NCBI GenBank assembly: GCA_003344405.1
Contig: NOWV01000180.1
Span: forward strand, 62,001-126,000
DNA length: 64,000 nucleotides
Reading direction: 5' to 3'
Origin: Trichoplax sp. H2
Lineage: Eukaryota
Both the position numbers and the translations under genes were made by a program. This document shows, one piece after another, positions 11,273 to 26,801 of the stretch (its first letter is position 1; each line of letters begins with the position of its first letter). The notes under the pieces were generated by a model. That model ran no database searches, was not told where the DNA came from, and was given only the letters and a program-made list of their open reading frames with translations.

Positions 11273-14200
11273 ACACATTAGAATCACGTTATCACGTATG
11301 CACGTTATGACCACAAAGCGTTTACATAATCATGGACATCAGGGTCGTTCATGGGGTCCCGCGAATCGACGAATTCTCTCTTTTAGTAGTCCCTGATCGA
11401 ATGGATTCATTTCGTCATCTATTTTATTATAGGGTATTTGTTCTAAAGACTAAGATAGAGCGTCCACAATCATAACACTGGTCGACAATTTATTTGTAAA
11501 TACTACTAGAATAGTATTTTAACATTCTAAAACGCATTCAGCATTCAACGTTATGTTGTGGGGTTGATGTTGGGGGTTGTCTCCCAAAGCCCCCGGATTA
11601 CAGTACAATGCTTTTATTTCGGGTGAAAGGTGAAGGTTCACGGCTAGATGCTAACCTACGGTTAACTTGCCGTAACTCTTAACGGATACGTCTGACTCTG
11701 TCATGATAACAGGATATTCATTGCAGTACAGTACTGTATAGTACATTGAGTACTGAGTGAGTAACTATACGTAGAGTTCGAGTTCGACTAGGGTCCGAAC
11801 CAGACCAGGCCAGACCATAAAGACCTCTACGGTCTACACCCTCTACAGTACAGTACGTTTCTGAAAGGCTTACAGTACAGTACGATGTATTGTACACTGT
11901 ACCATACTGGAAAGCACTCCATTGATAAAGTGGTCAATGGGTTGAAAGTTTTTTTAGTCGAAAACGATTCCTTATTTACTCTAACGCCAACAGATTTTTC
12001 AATGCAATTTTGCAAGTACAGTACTGTAGTCTCTGGTTATGAGAGTGTATCCTACTGCAATCAGTTGTTACGTATTTAAGGATTGTACGCAGAGATAGGT
12101 TGAGGGTACAGGAATGAGTAAGACCTTTCGATGTAGTGGTCTATTATGATGAGCTATTACGTATTCATTGATGCAATCAATTGAACTGTTTTAGAATCAT
12201 AGTTACTCTACGATATATATAGCTGTTTAAGACAACAATAGGCATGAGATTATTTCTACGGATATTCTAGGCTTTTCAACCGGCTTTGAAGTGTTAAACA
12301 GTCAATCTGCAGTAATGAATACCGTATATTGGTGACACACTACACTCGATACTTTGGACATGAAGGGTTATAACCAGTCGAGTTGATTGCTAAAATTCGA
12401 CACGATGGCAGAATAAGATTTTATTCGAAGTTGTAAAATTATTTTTCGATATAGCATTTCAGCTATAAGTTATACGCACAATATATATATATTCAGTTCG
12501 GAAATTGAATGTGAGTGGATTGTAAAATTTGAACTGTATCCGTTTTATAACGGGTACTACCAAATCAATTAAGATTAATCTTAATTCGCCTTAGTCTATT
12601 CTTTTTTTTCATTGTGTCACGTTCGATGTATGCCTGCTTATGGTACGTAATTGTAGACCGTGAACTTATTACAATTGATTACAGTTGACCGCTTCTTTCT
12701 AAAATGAGTGAGTTTGCATACAGGTACTTCTGGCACGAATCAACAAGTAGCACTATGCTTACAATACATTCAGTAGTTCCGCTAACAGGCCTATTTCCGC
12801 AATAGCCCATAACAGAATCCCGTAAAATGGTCGATGTACAACTTTACTGATGATTATTAAGAATTCTTCTTAAACATGGTATTACTATCCTTACGAATAT
12901 TTTACAATCATTTTGAATAGTATTTGGAATAAATTTTTCTTTGCATTTATTGATTACTTTGGAGAATTGTTCATTATAGAGTGAAAAGCAAGATTCTGTT
13001 AGAGACTCGAGAAAGCATGGCTGATCGTAAATTCATTTACCTGCTCTATAGTAATGCAAAATGTAAGAAGTGCTATAGTAATATACATGAACTTTGCAAT
13101 TATAATTATAAGATCCCAGTGGCATAAATGATTTGAAATAAGCCAAGTTATCTTATTCTATCTCAGTGCTGATTGATCTCAGCCAGCTGTTTGTTAATCT
13201 CTGCTAGCAACCTACAGCAGATATACGGAAATATGCGTAAGCACTCTCCTTTCATTAATTAATTAGTGAATTATTAAATATACATGTAATTTCTTAATGC
13301 AGAGGATACTATAATTAAAGGATACTTGTTATCATTTAACGAAGCAACTGGTAGTTTGGTATCCTATAACCGGGTCTGAAGTATAAATTAATTAATATAT
13401 ATAAGCTTATATACTAAAGTTGCGTAACGTATACTTAACGATAAAAAAATATAATTAAGACTTATATCACAAATAAAAGTCAAGAATAAAAATAGTGTCC
13501 ATGTCTGTACATCTATAGTATGTATAATTAACTGATCAATAATTAATTTAAAATTCGGCTTAGTGGTTTATTATGGAAACTAGGATTATTATTTTAGAGA
13601 TTTACGCATAATATTATCGTAGCATTGATTATACTGTACAGTGTACGGTGTACAATCTACTGCATCTATTGTACGTTCCATACATCTTCTTAGGCATATA
13701 GTAGGCATACATACAGTAAGTATATAGTAGCTAGCATTTCTCGTTTCTGTTGTGGTAGCTTGTGTGTAATTAACTAATAAAAGATAAAACTAAATTAGGT
13801 GCTCTCCAAACTATCGACTGTGTGAGTGCGACTACTGAGTCTGGTGAAATATATACGCATATGCAGTATACTGCATATACCACGTTACTGATCTAGAGAT
13901 ATATTGTATAGATATATATACGTAATATATATACTCTGGAGGTATAAATTACGCAAGGCACACTTCAGGATATTTATACTTTCATCTTAACAATCACTGG
14001 AGTCTACGTATATGTGACTATATACTGTGGAATGTACAGTATACGGTATAGGCTATAGTACTATAGTTCATCTTTATCATGGCTATTTAGCTGCTTCACA
14101 AACTAGCAGTAAAACAAACATAAACTTATTTATATTATCAACTATCTATACAGTACGTACACTATACGCTATCGATAAACAGTCGGTTGAAACGTATATC

Positions 14201-15349
14201 ATCTCAATTTTTCGGCCTCGACATCATCTCAGGATATATGATACATGATTATTTTAAACATCTTCTTCGACAACACTAGACGCTCGTCAATAAACATATA
14301 CTGTATATAATAACAGTCGTCCTCTATTATCATCGTGGCTCTGTAAAAAATTACACACAATCACCATATCTAATTTTAGGTTTCGGCGGCATGAAAAGCC
14401 AAGATTTAAAAAGGAAATAACGTCTTTAAGTGATGTAACAACTCTTAAATCAATATTCTGCTACTATCGTCGCACGTGAAAGATACAAATTTTACAGTAC
14501 CGACACTTTGAAATCTTTAATCACATTACAATTTCTTGCTTGGCACTACGATGATCCTATAATAATAGTGGAACAGAGAACGCCAATTAACTTTAAATTA
14601 TTTCAAATTTTTATGTAATAAAACTATACTAGTACCCAAAACTAATCCTAGCACTCTATTATAGCTCTAGTATCAAGAAGCACTGCATGGTAATTAAGTA
14701 ACTCGTATAATAACAATATCGAACAAGGTACTAAAAGGCACTGCTATCAAAAAATGATCTGGGTGTTAATTTCAAGTAAGTTCTTTTTATTTTGACACCA
14801 TGTTCACAATCTATCTTCAATACTCCATACATTATTAAACTCATCGAAAGGAAAGCTTCGAGTAGTAATGATAAAATTCTTTTATCTGTCTTAAGTGATA
14901 TCACATTCCGTATCCAACAGCGCTACCACAAGAGCATGCTGAAGTGATCACCTGCTAGTACTTAACAGTAGGAATCACATTTAACATTGGTGAAAATTAT
15001 TAATATAGTACTGGATGCAGTCACGATCTTTTCCTAGTTACTACGGCAACATCAACCTTGGACATCCATCCATCAAAAGACTCCTTTAATACTAGTTATC
15101 AACAATTGATCTAAATTATTTAAATTCTGAGAGCCATCTTGTATCTTAAATGATAACCTTCCTTTTCTTTTCCTGGTGTTGATAACGATTTCACTGCTAT
15201 TGGAAACTATCTTAAAAAACATATATCCTGACAATTGTCGGTTTTTTTGATTTGCTACATTAAGTTTCATTACCTGTAATAACCTGTTGTCTCTCAATCC
15301 GCTTCCTTACTTCCTTTTATAATTATCTCGCTATTTAAACTATTCTACT

Positions 15350-16789
15350 ATGGCCTTAACTTTCGATCAAAAAAAGTATCAACTTAGCCTTAAAGATCGA
15401 TTCGAGATTATCGTTGACGATCTTAAAGAAAGGAAAAAGTTAAAAATTTTAGAATTGATCTGTGTAACACCGTTATTTTTGTTAGGCCTTATCGCTGATA
15501 TAATGCTTTTAGTTGATATTGACAGAAGATCAAGTTATCTTGAAACGATCATCAAGAACGAAGGATTAGTTGTTAATACGTCAGGATTCGATTTGAATAC
15601 AACCACTGTTAGCAGTAATTGTTCATCTATTTACAATGTTGGAAATTTGAGTAATGATTATCTGGATAAACGGAGGGCGTACTGCTTTTTTTTCTTTTTA
15701 TATTTAGTTATCGTTTTGTCATTTTGTACTTGTTTCTATATTTTAATTCATTATCCTGAGGCAATGAAGGAATATTATTCGTTTAAAGTTGTCGCAAAAC
15801 TTTCAAAATTTTTTATATTTCTATGGAATGCAGTGCCACAAGCCTGCTTAGTAGTAATTTTGTATAACCTAGATAATAAAAATGACGGTATAAATTGTTT
15901 ATATGGCACCATTACACCGGAAGCCACAGCTACTAGTATGCCTGTAGTGGTAAGACCTTTTCACTCAAGCGTTCAAGATCTAAAGTTGGTATATGTATTG
16001 CTTTGTGCGTTCTACATGATGGCAGTTGGCATTTATCATGGTTACTTTGTAGCAAAGCCAATCAGGGATGATATTTGTGGAGGTGATAGCATTTGGCGTT
16101 CTTATACTGCCTGTTCAAGAATCATATGGTACCTAACTGTTGCCGTTGTAACTGCTATATTCTCATTTCCTATCGCAATAACAGCCAAGGAAAATCCTGT
16201 TACTCAGTTAACTGGATCAGTTTTAACGTACTTCTTAATATTCTTACTATGTTTATTTGCACTAAGTCTTACTTTCGTATCTGTAACACTTGATTTGTAT
16301 GAAAACTATTTACAAGAATATGTTCCATTTACTGAAAAGTTAACTAGTCCCATATTTTATTACATTATTAATCTCTTTCTATCGTGTATTATTACGCCAT
16401 TGGGCTTCTTTGTAATCAATCTTGCGGAGTTTATTCTAATATTTGCATCTTTTTATATTTACTACCGAACTATAAAGAAAGGTAGTAAATTAATATCAAA
16501 TTCATATAAATTCGGCCAAGATCCTCCGCCAAAATTGGATACTGACGGCATTACTTATAGAAAAGATCCCATCGTGGATAATAACAACTATATTTATCGT
16601 CCCAATGATCAGTTAAACAGCAACACTCTAAATGGTACGCACATTCTAGCTATGAAAGATGAAGAACTCAATCGAAAAATTCAATTTGCACATGGCGATA
16701 ACGCTACAATTGACGAAAATGGCAAAACTCTAACTATTGGAGCACCTTATTATAACGTTATATATTCAGTTGATGAAAGATTAGTGTAA
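15350..16789 (+). CDS. Intronless 479-aa multipass membrane protein of unknown family
   Basis: Long uninterrupted ORF in AT-rich DNA. About 8-9 hydrophobic segments, an N-glycosylation-sequon-rich loop after the first one (NTS, NTT, NCS, NLS), and a hydrophilic C-tail. Confidence 0.85.
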   Translation: MALTFDQKKYQLSLKDRFEIIVDDLKERKKLKILELICVTPLFLLGLIADIMLLVDIDRRSSYLETIIKNEGLVVNTSGFDLNTTTVSSNCSSIYNVGNLSNDYLDKRRAYCFFFFLYLVIVLSFCTCFYILIHYPEAMKEYYSFKVVAKLSKFFIFLWNAVPQACLVVILYNLDNKNDGINCLYGTITPEATATSMPVVVRPFHSSVQDLKLVYVLLCAFYMMAVGIYHGYFVAKPIRDDICGGDSIWRSYTACSRIIWYLTVAVVTAIFSFPIAITAKENPVTQLTGSVLTYFLIFLLCLFALSLTFVSVTLDLYENYLQEYVPFTEKLTSPIFYYIINLFLSCIITPLGFFVINLAEFILIFASFYIYYRTIKKGSKLISNSYKFGQDPPPKLDTDGITYRKDPIVDNNNYIYRPNDQLNSNTLNGTHILAMKDEELNRKIQFAHGDNATIDENGKTLTIGAPYYNVIYSVDERLV

Positions 16790-17740
16790 TTTTTTACTTG
16801 ATATTAATCTAATAACATTCTGTTGTACTAAAACTTTCTATATATAAACTAGAGTAATTATGTAAAAAACAGGCATATATCGGATCACTCTACACTTTGC
16901 AACTAATCTTATCCTGTACTGATATCAAACTGTTCGTCCTCAAACAAACATGATTTTATTGCATGCTTTTTGATTATGACTCTTAACTACATGTATCATG
17001 TGTATTATGTCAGTATAGCGGATTTTGATAAGTACCCGTATATACAATTTCTTACAATGTAAATTAGAAGAATAATTATTCAACACTTTAAAAAAGTATT
17101 CAAGAACGTCTACGTAGCCAGCTTAGGCAAGAGAGTTACTTTATCTTTTAAAATTTAATGCCTGTCTATACCGTACGTAAATACCCGTAGAATATGCATC
17201 CCGTATGGTAACATACTGTACACAGAAATACACGTAAATTAGTATAATCATATCGAGACGTTTCTTTAGCATAAATTTCATCAATAAAAACAATTGCATA
17301 TCGTATATCGCAAAATAAAGTATTGCTATCTAATAAGATCAAATCTAAACAATTCTAGAAAAGTTGCCTATACAATTAATTACGATTCTCCATATCATAG
17401 ATTTATTTGTTGTTACAAGGAAATCAGAAATTATTACCAGAAACAGTTTTTGTAGCTAACATCTAGTAAGTTGAGAAAATTTATTTTATGTGATCGAACT
17501 GTATTGTCCCATTAATACCCCTCATTGATCTTGGTTTATAAGAATCTATGTGATGCTAAAGCATTCTCCACTAGAAAATGAGCCAAATACAGTACCACAA
17601 CAACTGCATGAACAATTTAAAATGTTATCATTATCTAACGTACTGAGTGCGTTATACAATACATCAATTCAATAGCTAATTTTATCTCCAGATCATGACG
17701 TGCTCGATTAGTTTATAAAAGAAATAGTGACCAAATGCAA

Positions 17741-19686
<1,946 letters not shown>

Positions 19687-21485
19687 GAGATTTCAAGCTG
19701 ATACTGTAATGTAAAATTGATTTATTTTAAAGTTTTAAGATCACAGATGCATATAAGCTATTGTAAATGTCTTCTGGCTCGAATAATATGATACTGTAGG
19801 TCTATTTTTAGAGTTGATCACTTTCAGTTAGTACTGTGATCCGTTGCTGCAATTCACCATGAGTGTTATTGTCAACATGAAACTGCAGTTGCAAGCGATT
19901 GTAAGATCATGATGGCTAAACATAGCTAATCCATACTATCTGATATCATTTTCTCCATACGATTGAATAATAACGTACTAGTTTACAAAATCAATCATCA
20001 TATTTACGAAATGGATTAAGTTCATCGTAGACTAAAGCACGCTACAATCGCCAGCTATTTACTACCAAGAAATGAAGAGAACTATCGTGCTGTACAGAAC
20101 AATAGATTTCAGGTAAGATCGACAGGTACAGTACTGTATATCATTGCAGCCAGTCTAGGAAATTTCGATCAGTATTTTATCTATTAATTTATCGATTAGA
20201 ACTCGATCATTAGGTTCAATTTTGTTCTAATGGCTCAATTTAACCATTTCTTAAAGAAAGCAAGACAACTTACCGAACGACCGTTAAGCACTCTCACGTG
20301 TCGCCAAATAAAAAAAAAATTAATAAAACTATTTCGGAGCATGGGCGTTGGGAAATCGCTGTGCTTGGTAGTTGGTAGTAGACTGTATTTAATTGAATCT
20401 ACTGTACTGTAGTGTAGGACACGGCACACCGTTTAGTGCACACTGTACAGTATGGACAGTACTGTATGTAGAATATATACTACTGGTATTTCTAGTTAAA
20501 ATGCCAACGGTTGTTGACTGTACTAATAATGTGCAGGCTGATTATTTGATTGCCCATTTCAACTGAATGGTAAGGGCAACAATCTATCCGCGATTGATAT
20601 CCAAATTAGCTGCTAATGTAGATTGGTTTAGTAGTCCATGGTACAGTACTGAGTGCATTAGATGGTACAGTACTGTAAGTAAACATGGGCAGAAGTTTTC
20701 TCTACACTGTGTAAATAATTATTTGAAATAATTAAATTATTAATTCATTCATTAATTCCTGTGTAGCTTAGTTTGTAAAAATTGATCAAGACAAAAGAGT
20801 CTGTGATTAGACTGAATAATCCCTAAGTGCAGCAGCCTACTGGTCCAACACTCCATGAAGAACTCTAGTTAAGCAAGAGTGCAGACAGTTACTTATACAA
20901 GCACATTAGGTTACAGTTCTGGAGTAAGGATTTAAGTTAATTCAATTTTCAAAACACAAATATGAGCAATCCTACCATTGACCAGTCATACCAAACAATT
21001 TTGTATGTGTGCAATCTAAAAGAAAAGAAAACGTATGGACTGCACACAGTAGCTGCAGTACTTTACTAGACCAGGAGTAGAAACCCCCTTGAATGAACGG
21101 GGCTTTACTTGATCAGGCAAGGCCAAAATGTCGAAAAATACTTAATGTATTTACTAATTGAAGAACATTTATGATATTGCATAATACAACGGCGGTATGT
21201 AAGAAGAACTTTATGAAATCGATTAATCGAGTATCGCCATATTGGCATATCAATAACTGGAAAGAATTTGCAATAGTATTTTGACGCCCCAATATCCGTC
21301 CATCCGATACGGATAGAACAGTCCTGTATCCGGCTGTCCATTCTACAGTACAGTACTGTAGAGCTTCTTCTTTACAGTGCAGTGTACAGTACACTTTGTA
21401 CGGTATGGTACTGTGCACTGTGTGCAGTATTGCCGCCAAAGACGATGAAAACTCATTTCGAACAAATTACCCTCTCTCAATAGAT

Positions 21486-24400
21486 ATGGCCACAAATTAT
21501 AATGGCATCATCATTAAATCTTTCAAGTTGCATGGCTTACTACTTAGTAGGTAAGTTTCGACACGAACTGATATGACACAGCTACATTATGATAGAGCTC
21601 GTATAGTGAAAGAAATATTTGGTAACCGTAGGACGGCTGCGATTGCCAAGTTGCTACATGAAGTTGATATAGCAGTGTTTCTCTATAGCTAAACTGTCGG
21701 TCATGTTCTGAATATAATCTTCCGACAACGAAGTGTGATAACATCGATGTTAGATCAATCTTTATGCGTTTACAACATACAGTACATGGGCAGATTACAG
21801 CAGTGTATGTCTACCCTATGTTATAGCGATAATATTGAATACTAGTTATCATAAGTTACCAAGTTGATGTTTGGTATAACCTGCTACATCCAGCTACAGT
21901 ACAGTAGAATTAAATGTATGTACTTTTGATTATAATTATATTATTATTGTTGATTACAATGATGTACGTATATGCATAGAATTATGCCTTACATTGCGCT
22001 TTCTTCGTCATTAGTGAGGCCTGTAGATATTTAAATGAAAATTTGCCAATATCACATGGATCTAATAAAGAAAAATTAAATGAAAATTTGCAATTGATTA
22101 TCGATGCGTTACAAAGGCAACCTTGTTAGTAAGCTCTGCATTTGTAGCTAACAGATTTGGCAATGATGTTCGATTTTCGCGCCAAACTTAAGATCTTAAA
22201 TATTTTAGACGAACTAAATTGAAAGTTTTATAAATAATACAGTAACTTAAATTAAATTTCCTAGCATCGTCTACTATTATCGACAAGGGACGTGTAGAAT
22301 CAGCAATTCAAGAATGCCAACAAAATTCTCATGACGAGCAGAGGTTAGCATATTTCATTCATAGCCACTTGTTGCATTGCATGTGTGCTAGATGACTGGT
22401 ACTGATTGAGCTGCAAAACTGTAACTTTTCTAAAGCACATAAATAACGGTATCATCTCTATTGCCCGTTGTTTAAATTAATGTTACTGTGCTCAGTAATA
22501 TGCAGATGATGCTTTACATGTACTTTTACTGTGTGTCCAATATGCTTTAACTTATCACATCATTATTTCTTCTCTTTCATAGCTACAGCAAAATCTTCAA
22601 TGTTATTAATATCTTCAAGTAAGGAAACATCTACTGATATCCTGTATATCATTTCAATTGCTCTATTACTTTTACTATCAAATTGCTATTGCAGAATAGC
22701 TAAAATCTAACATTAATTAGCAAAACGAAATTATCCTCGATCTTGATATTAAACATTGTTATTCTCCATGTAATGCGTTGATTTTATTAGAACTCCAAAA
22801 TATTATTATAATACGGAAAAAAAGAAATTCCTACGGTAATAGCCGTAAAAATTGCTGGCTGTTTTTATTTAATTTAAAAAAGACCGTCAACACATTCTTT
22901 AATTATTGATAACGTTTATCTAATTGTAATACATCAGTGGCAATGATGATACTAACACTTTTGGATTAGCGAAGGACAAGGCAGCATACTTTCGAGAAAG
23001 ATATAACCTTATCTATCAGGTAATTACCATCGTCTAGACTTTATGATCAATGCAGGACATTAGATTAGAATAAGATCTATTCTTAATCATAGCACTGATT
23101 GACTGATATAGCGCCATCAAATACTGCTATACTGATTAAAGTTACTACCTTATCTACTCGTAATTAGAGAACTATCCGTCATGATCTATTTTGCCCGTCG
23201 TCTACGGGTAATAAAAATATCGACAAATATCGTCAGCAACAACAATTTGAGGTAGAGAAGTTGTAAGCCTTAACCGTTTTAAATATTATGCTATACAGTA
23301 GGAGTCAACAGGTTATATTACACGGAATCGATAGCTGTGCATAAGTAAGATAGGATAACTTTATTCTAGGTAGAAAGAATGTCATCGCGATTATAGATAA
23401 TAGCGAATATAAATAATTAAATCAAATTACTCTTTTTCACAGTTAAAATCCATAGAATATCTTTTATCAACTAGTAGAATAGAAGACAAAATCGTAGTGC
23501 TTGGTATGATTACAAGGCACAGGGAGGTAATACTTGTATAATACCCAAAATAGCTTTATATTTGTACTTAAGGTGCTGAGCTAGAGGCCCTGTTTCCACT
23601 CTTTAGGGAGGTTTCGCTCTCGAGGACATTACCGGAATAGTAAAGCTTGATATATCGAAGACCTTATTTCACGCTGGCTTATTTACTGAAGCATGTTTTG
23701 TATTGGCGGAGGGTGTATACGAAGATGACGTATTTCGGGCCTCAGCTATTGGATTTCCACCAGCTGAACCTGCTAAAAGCTTTTACCGACATTTCGGTGA
23801 TATTAATTTGTTCGGTGGTCCCTTCACTAGAAGTTTTAAATTTTCGGTAATTCAAATATTTTTGAGTTATACCTATATCTCTAAGATTACAAATTTGTAC
23901 CGTAATTATTTTTTTTTCATATAGATTAATTTAAAAGCAGTTGAAGAGCATAATTCTGGTACTATGCTAATCTTTTTATCTGACGTCTGGCTCGATCAAT
24001 CAAGTGTATGTTATCCTAATAATGAAACAAATTTTTGTCTTTTCATTAGTCTTGCTTTCTTCTGTCATTGTAATTAATTATCCACTACTGTATATATTTG
24101 TATGCTACTTTGCGCTAATACATTGCAAGATTTTAGAAAATTTGTTTTTTACTATAACCAGGTATTAGATAAACTCCGTACTCTTTTTGCTGGGTATTCA
24201 AATGCTCCTCCTATGGCTTTTATTTTAATCGGAAATTATCTTTCTACACCATACGGGTACAAAGAATCTAAAATTATGAAAGGTGATTATCTGCGAAGAA
24301 TAGTAACTTTCTGTCTATCTCCTCCAAGTCAAAAATGCTAATATTGCTACTGCTCCGTTACGTAGAGTGTCTTCAAACATTAGCAGACTTAATTTGCGAA

Positions 24401-25620
24401 TTTCCCAATATCAAAGAAAGGTATTAAACGAATTGCCAATAATAGTAGTAAAAGTAACACATCCTGAAGTAACTAGTCAATGTTATCTCTAGAAGTCACT
24501 TCGTATTCGTCCCTAGTATCCATGATGTAGGATTTGGGAATATCTTACCTAGGTTTGTTTGTAAAGATATTTATTTTTTTTCACTTGTTTATTTGTTGCT
24601 CTTGAATGAGCACATACGTATTATAGTATAATATATGAATTATTTTATGTTGGATTTTTTAGACCTCCACTTCCTGAGTCGGTAACCGCTGATATAAGAG
24701 AGAGGCTTCCGTGGGTAGACTTTGCATCTAACCCTTGCCGGTAAAATTAATTTTTAATATCCACGTTGTTTTTATATTTTATGTGTGATCAATGATTTTC
24801 GATTATGACTTTGCAGTATTCAGTACTGTACACAAGATATCGTTATATTTCGAGAGGATATGATTGGAAAAGTTTGCAGAAACTGTATTCACATCCCAGA
24901 AGATGGAGAGGATATCCCATCACATGTACAGACTAATTTTTAAGCTATGTTGCAAAGTACTAGGTTCGTAGCATATGATACATGTACATTATACTAAAGC
25001 AGGAATAACTTATAGTTTGTAAGGACAATTACATCTCAAGGCACCTTGTGTCCTTTGCCGTTAAATGTCTCGCCAGTTTATTGGAATTACTCTTATGCTT
25101 TAAGCTTATACCCATCGCCGGACTTGGTATAGTTGTTTAATAGATGTAATATTATGAGAATTACCAATGTAATATCGGCATAGACACGTATGAAACATAA
25201 TGTATATTGTATAGGTCGTTTTAGCCAATAATTACGAACCTTTTGAGATTTCTCGAATTGGAAGCTTATTTATAAATCCTGTAAGCCACTTAACTTTATT
25301 GAAATCTTTATAAAATATCTCCTTTAGATCGTTTAAGGATAGTCTATGCAAATTGTTATTTGTCATTTCTGTCTCGAACCTATTATCTGTTTTTATTAAG
25401 GGTTCGTTTTCAAGAAATGATTTCTCCTTTCAAGTTTACCTACCATCTAGTCGCGAGGCCGAGAAAAGGTCAGTATTAAAATAGTAATTCTATTTGAAGT
25501 TACTACTCTATAATATTAAAATAAGCTTTTGACAAACGAATATCTCTTACGCTTTACTCAAGATATCTTAATTCTAAATATATATTTTCCCTCGAAAAAT
25601 ATAGTCAAGTACCACACTGA
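21486..25620 (+). CDS. POLE2: DNA polymerase epsilon subunit 2 (multi-exon)
   Basis: [93 protein letters not shown]...[51 protein letters not shown]; ends SQVPH*. Confidence 0.95.
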
Positions 25621-26801
25621 ATAGAATAAAACAATGTGGTTAATCGATCTGGTGCCAAATCTGTAAGGAAAGCTATAAGAGAAATATTAAATTCAAGCTA
25701 CGACTACACCTTGGCATATGACATTATTTTTAATTGTCAATAACGTATCTGATCCTCCGATTAACAAAAGACTAATTGTAAATTATCAATCTGGCAACCC
25801 AATTTTACTATATTCGTATTAGCTATAAGAGTGATTCGTAATGTATTTCTAGTGATCAATATTGTATATTATTAGTAATAAAGGTAGAGAAGTAAATCTG
25901 AATTAAATAAGAGTACAACATGCAGACATCGTATTGCATTTAGAATTATTAGGTTATTGTCTCCATAGGCGTTTTGTTATGTTGATTTGAGTAATTGACG
26001 TATATTGACGTATGACACTGTCAACGAAAACAGATACCAAAGCAAAGAATGTTCTTTGATCTATTTGGACGAGCGACTGTCCTGGGTTTTTAGATATAGT
26101 ATATCCGTTCTTATTACGGTATCTATATTATGACAAGTATTTATTACTATACCGATCTATTGATTATCATCAAGGACAATGTATAAATACCAACTATGAG
26201 CATAAATGCTGGTCAAAACACGGTCGTGTACAGTATTACAGAATGCGTTTAACTTTTTTTAATATTATTTTTAATTATAATTGATATCAATATGTAAATC
26301 GATTCTCTATCCGCTGATTTGGTTCATGTATGAGTGATACCGTGTTAGCTAATGTAAAGTTAATGAGCTCTGTTGAGGTATATAATAAACTTTATTATTA
26401 GAGATGCAGTATAATTTTAAGCTGATCTATAGTACTTTGTCTTATCACTGGGCCTCCCCCGGAAAGGCTTTTTTGGGCATGTACCTCACTGAATCGTCCC
26501 TCTTTATGCACGGTACGTTAGCATGAGGGATTGGATTAGAAACAAACTCAGGCTGGAAATATGGTGATTTTGCTTACACGGAGATGCTGCAACATCAATC
26601 ATAGCTCATACCATATCAAAATAATGTAGTTATTGTTCTGTACTGTGTAGTGTATAGTAGATACGCGTATACGGTAAGGCGTGGCATCCTTGTCCTATAG
26701 ACAGGTACGGAATGGGTGTAGCCTTATTAGTTAGTGAGCGGGGAGAGAAGTAAAAATTTTTTGTTGGATAGCCCTTGCTTAAAATAAGGTTAAAGTGGAG
26801 A

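Noticed and set aside
10792-11396. Short ORFs rich in Y/S/T/V/Q/C (also 21113-21439, 34247-34503, 58670-58888)
   Set aside because: They are translations of the CAGTA/TACTG arrays, with no protein-like features.
11760-11810. gttcgagttcga resembling a tRNA T-loop/B-box
   Set aside because: No cloverleaf stems or A-box could be built around it.
21486-25620. U12-type introns in POLE2
   Set aside because: All donors I reconstructed are ordinary GT types; none shows the RTATCCTT minor-class consensus at a junction.
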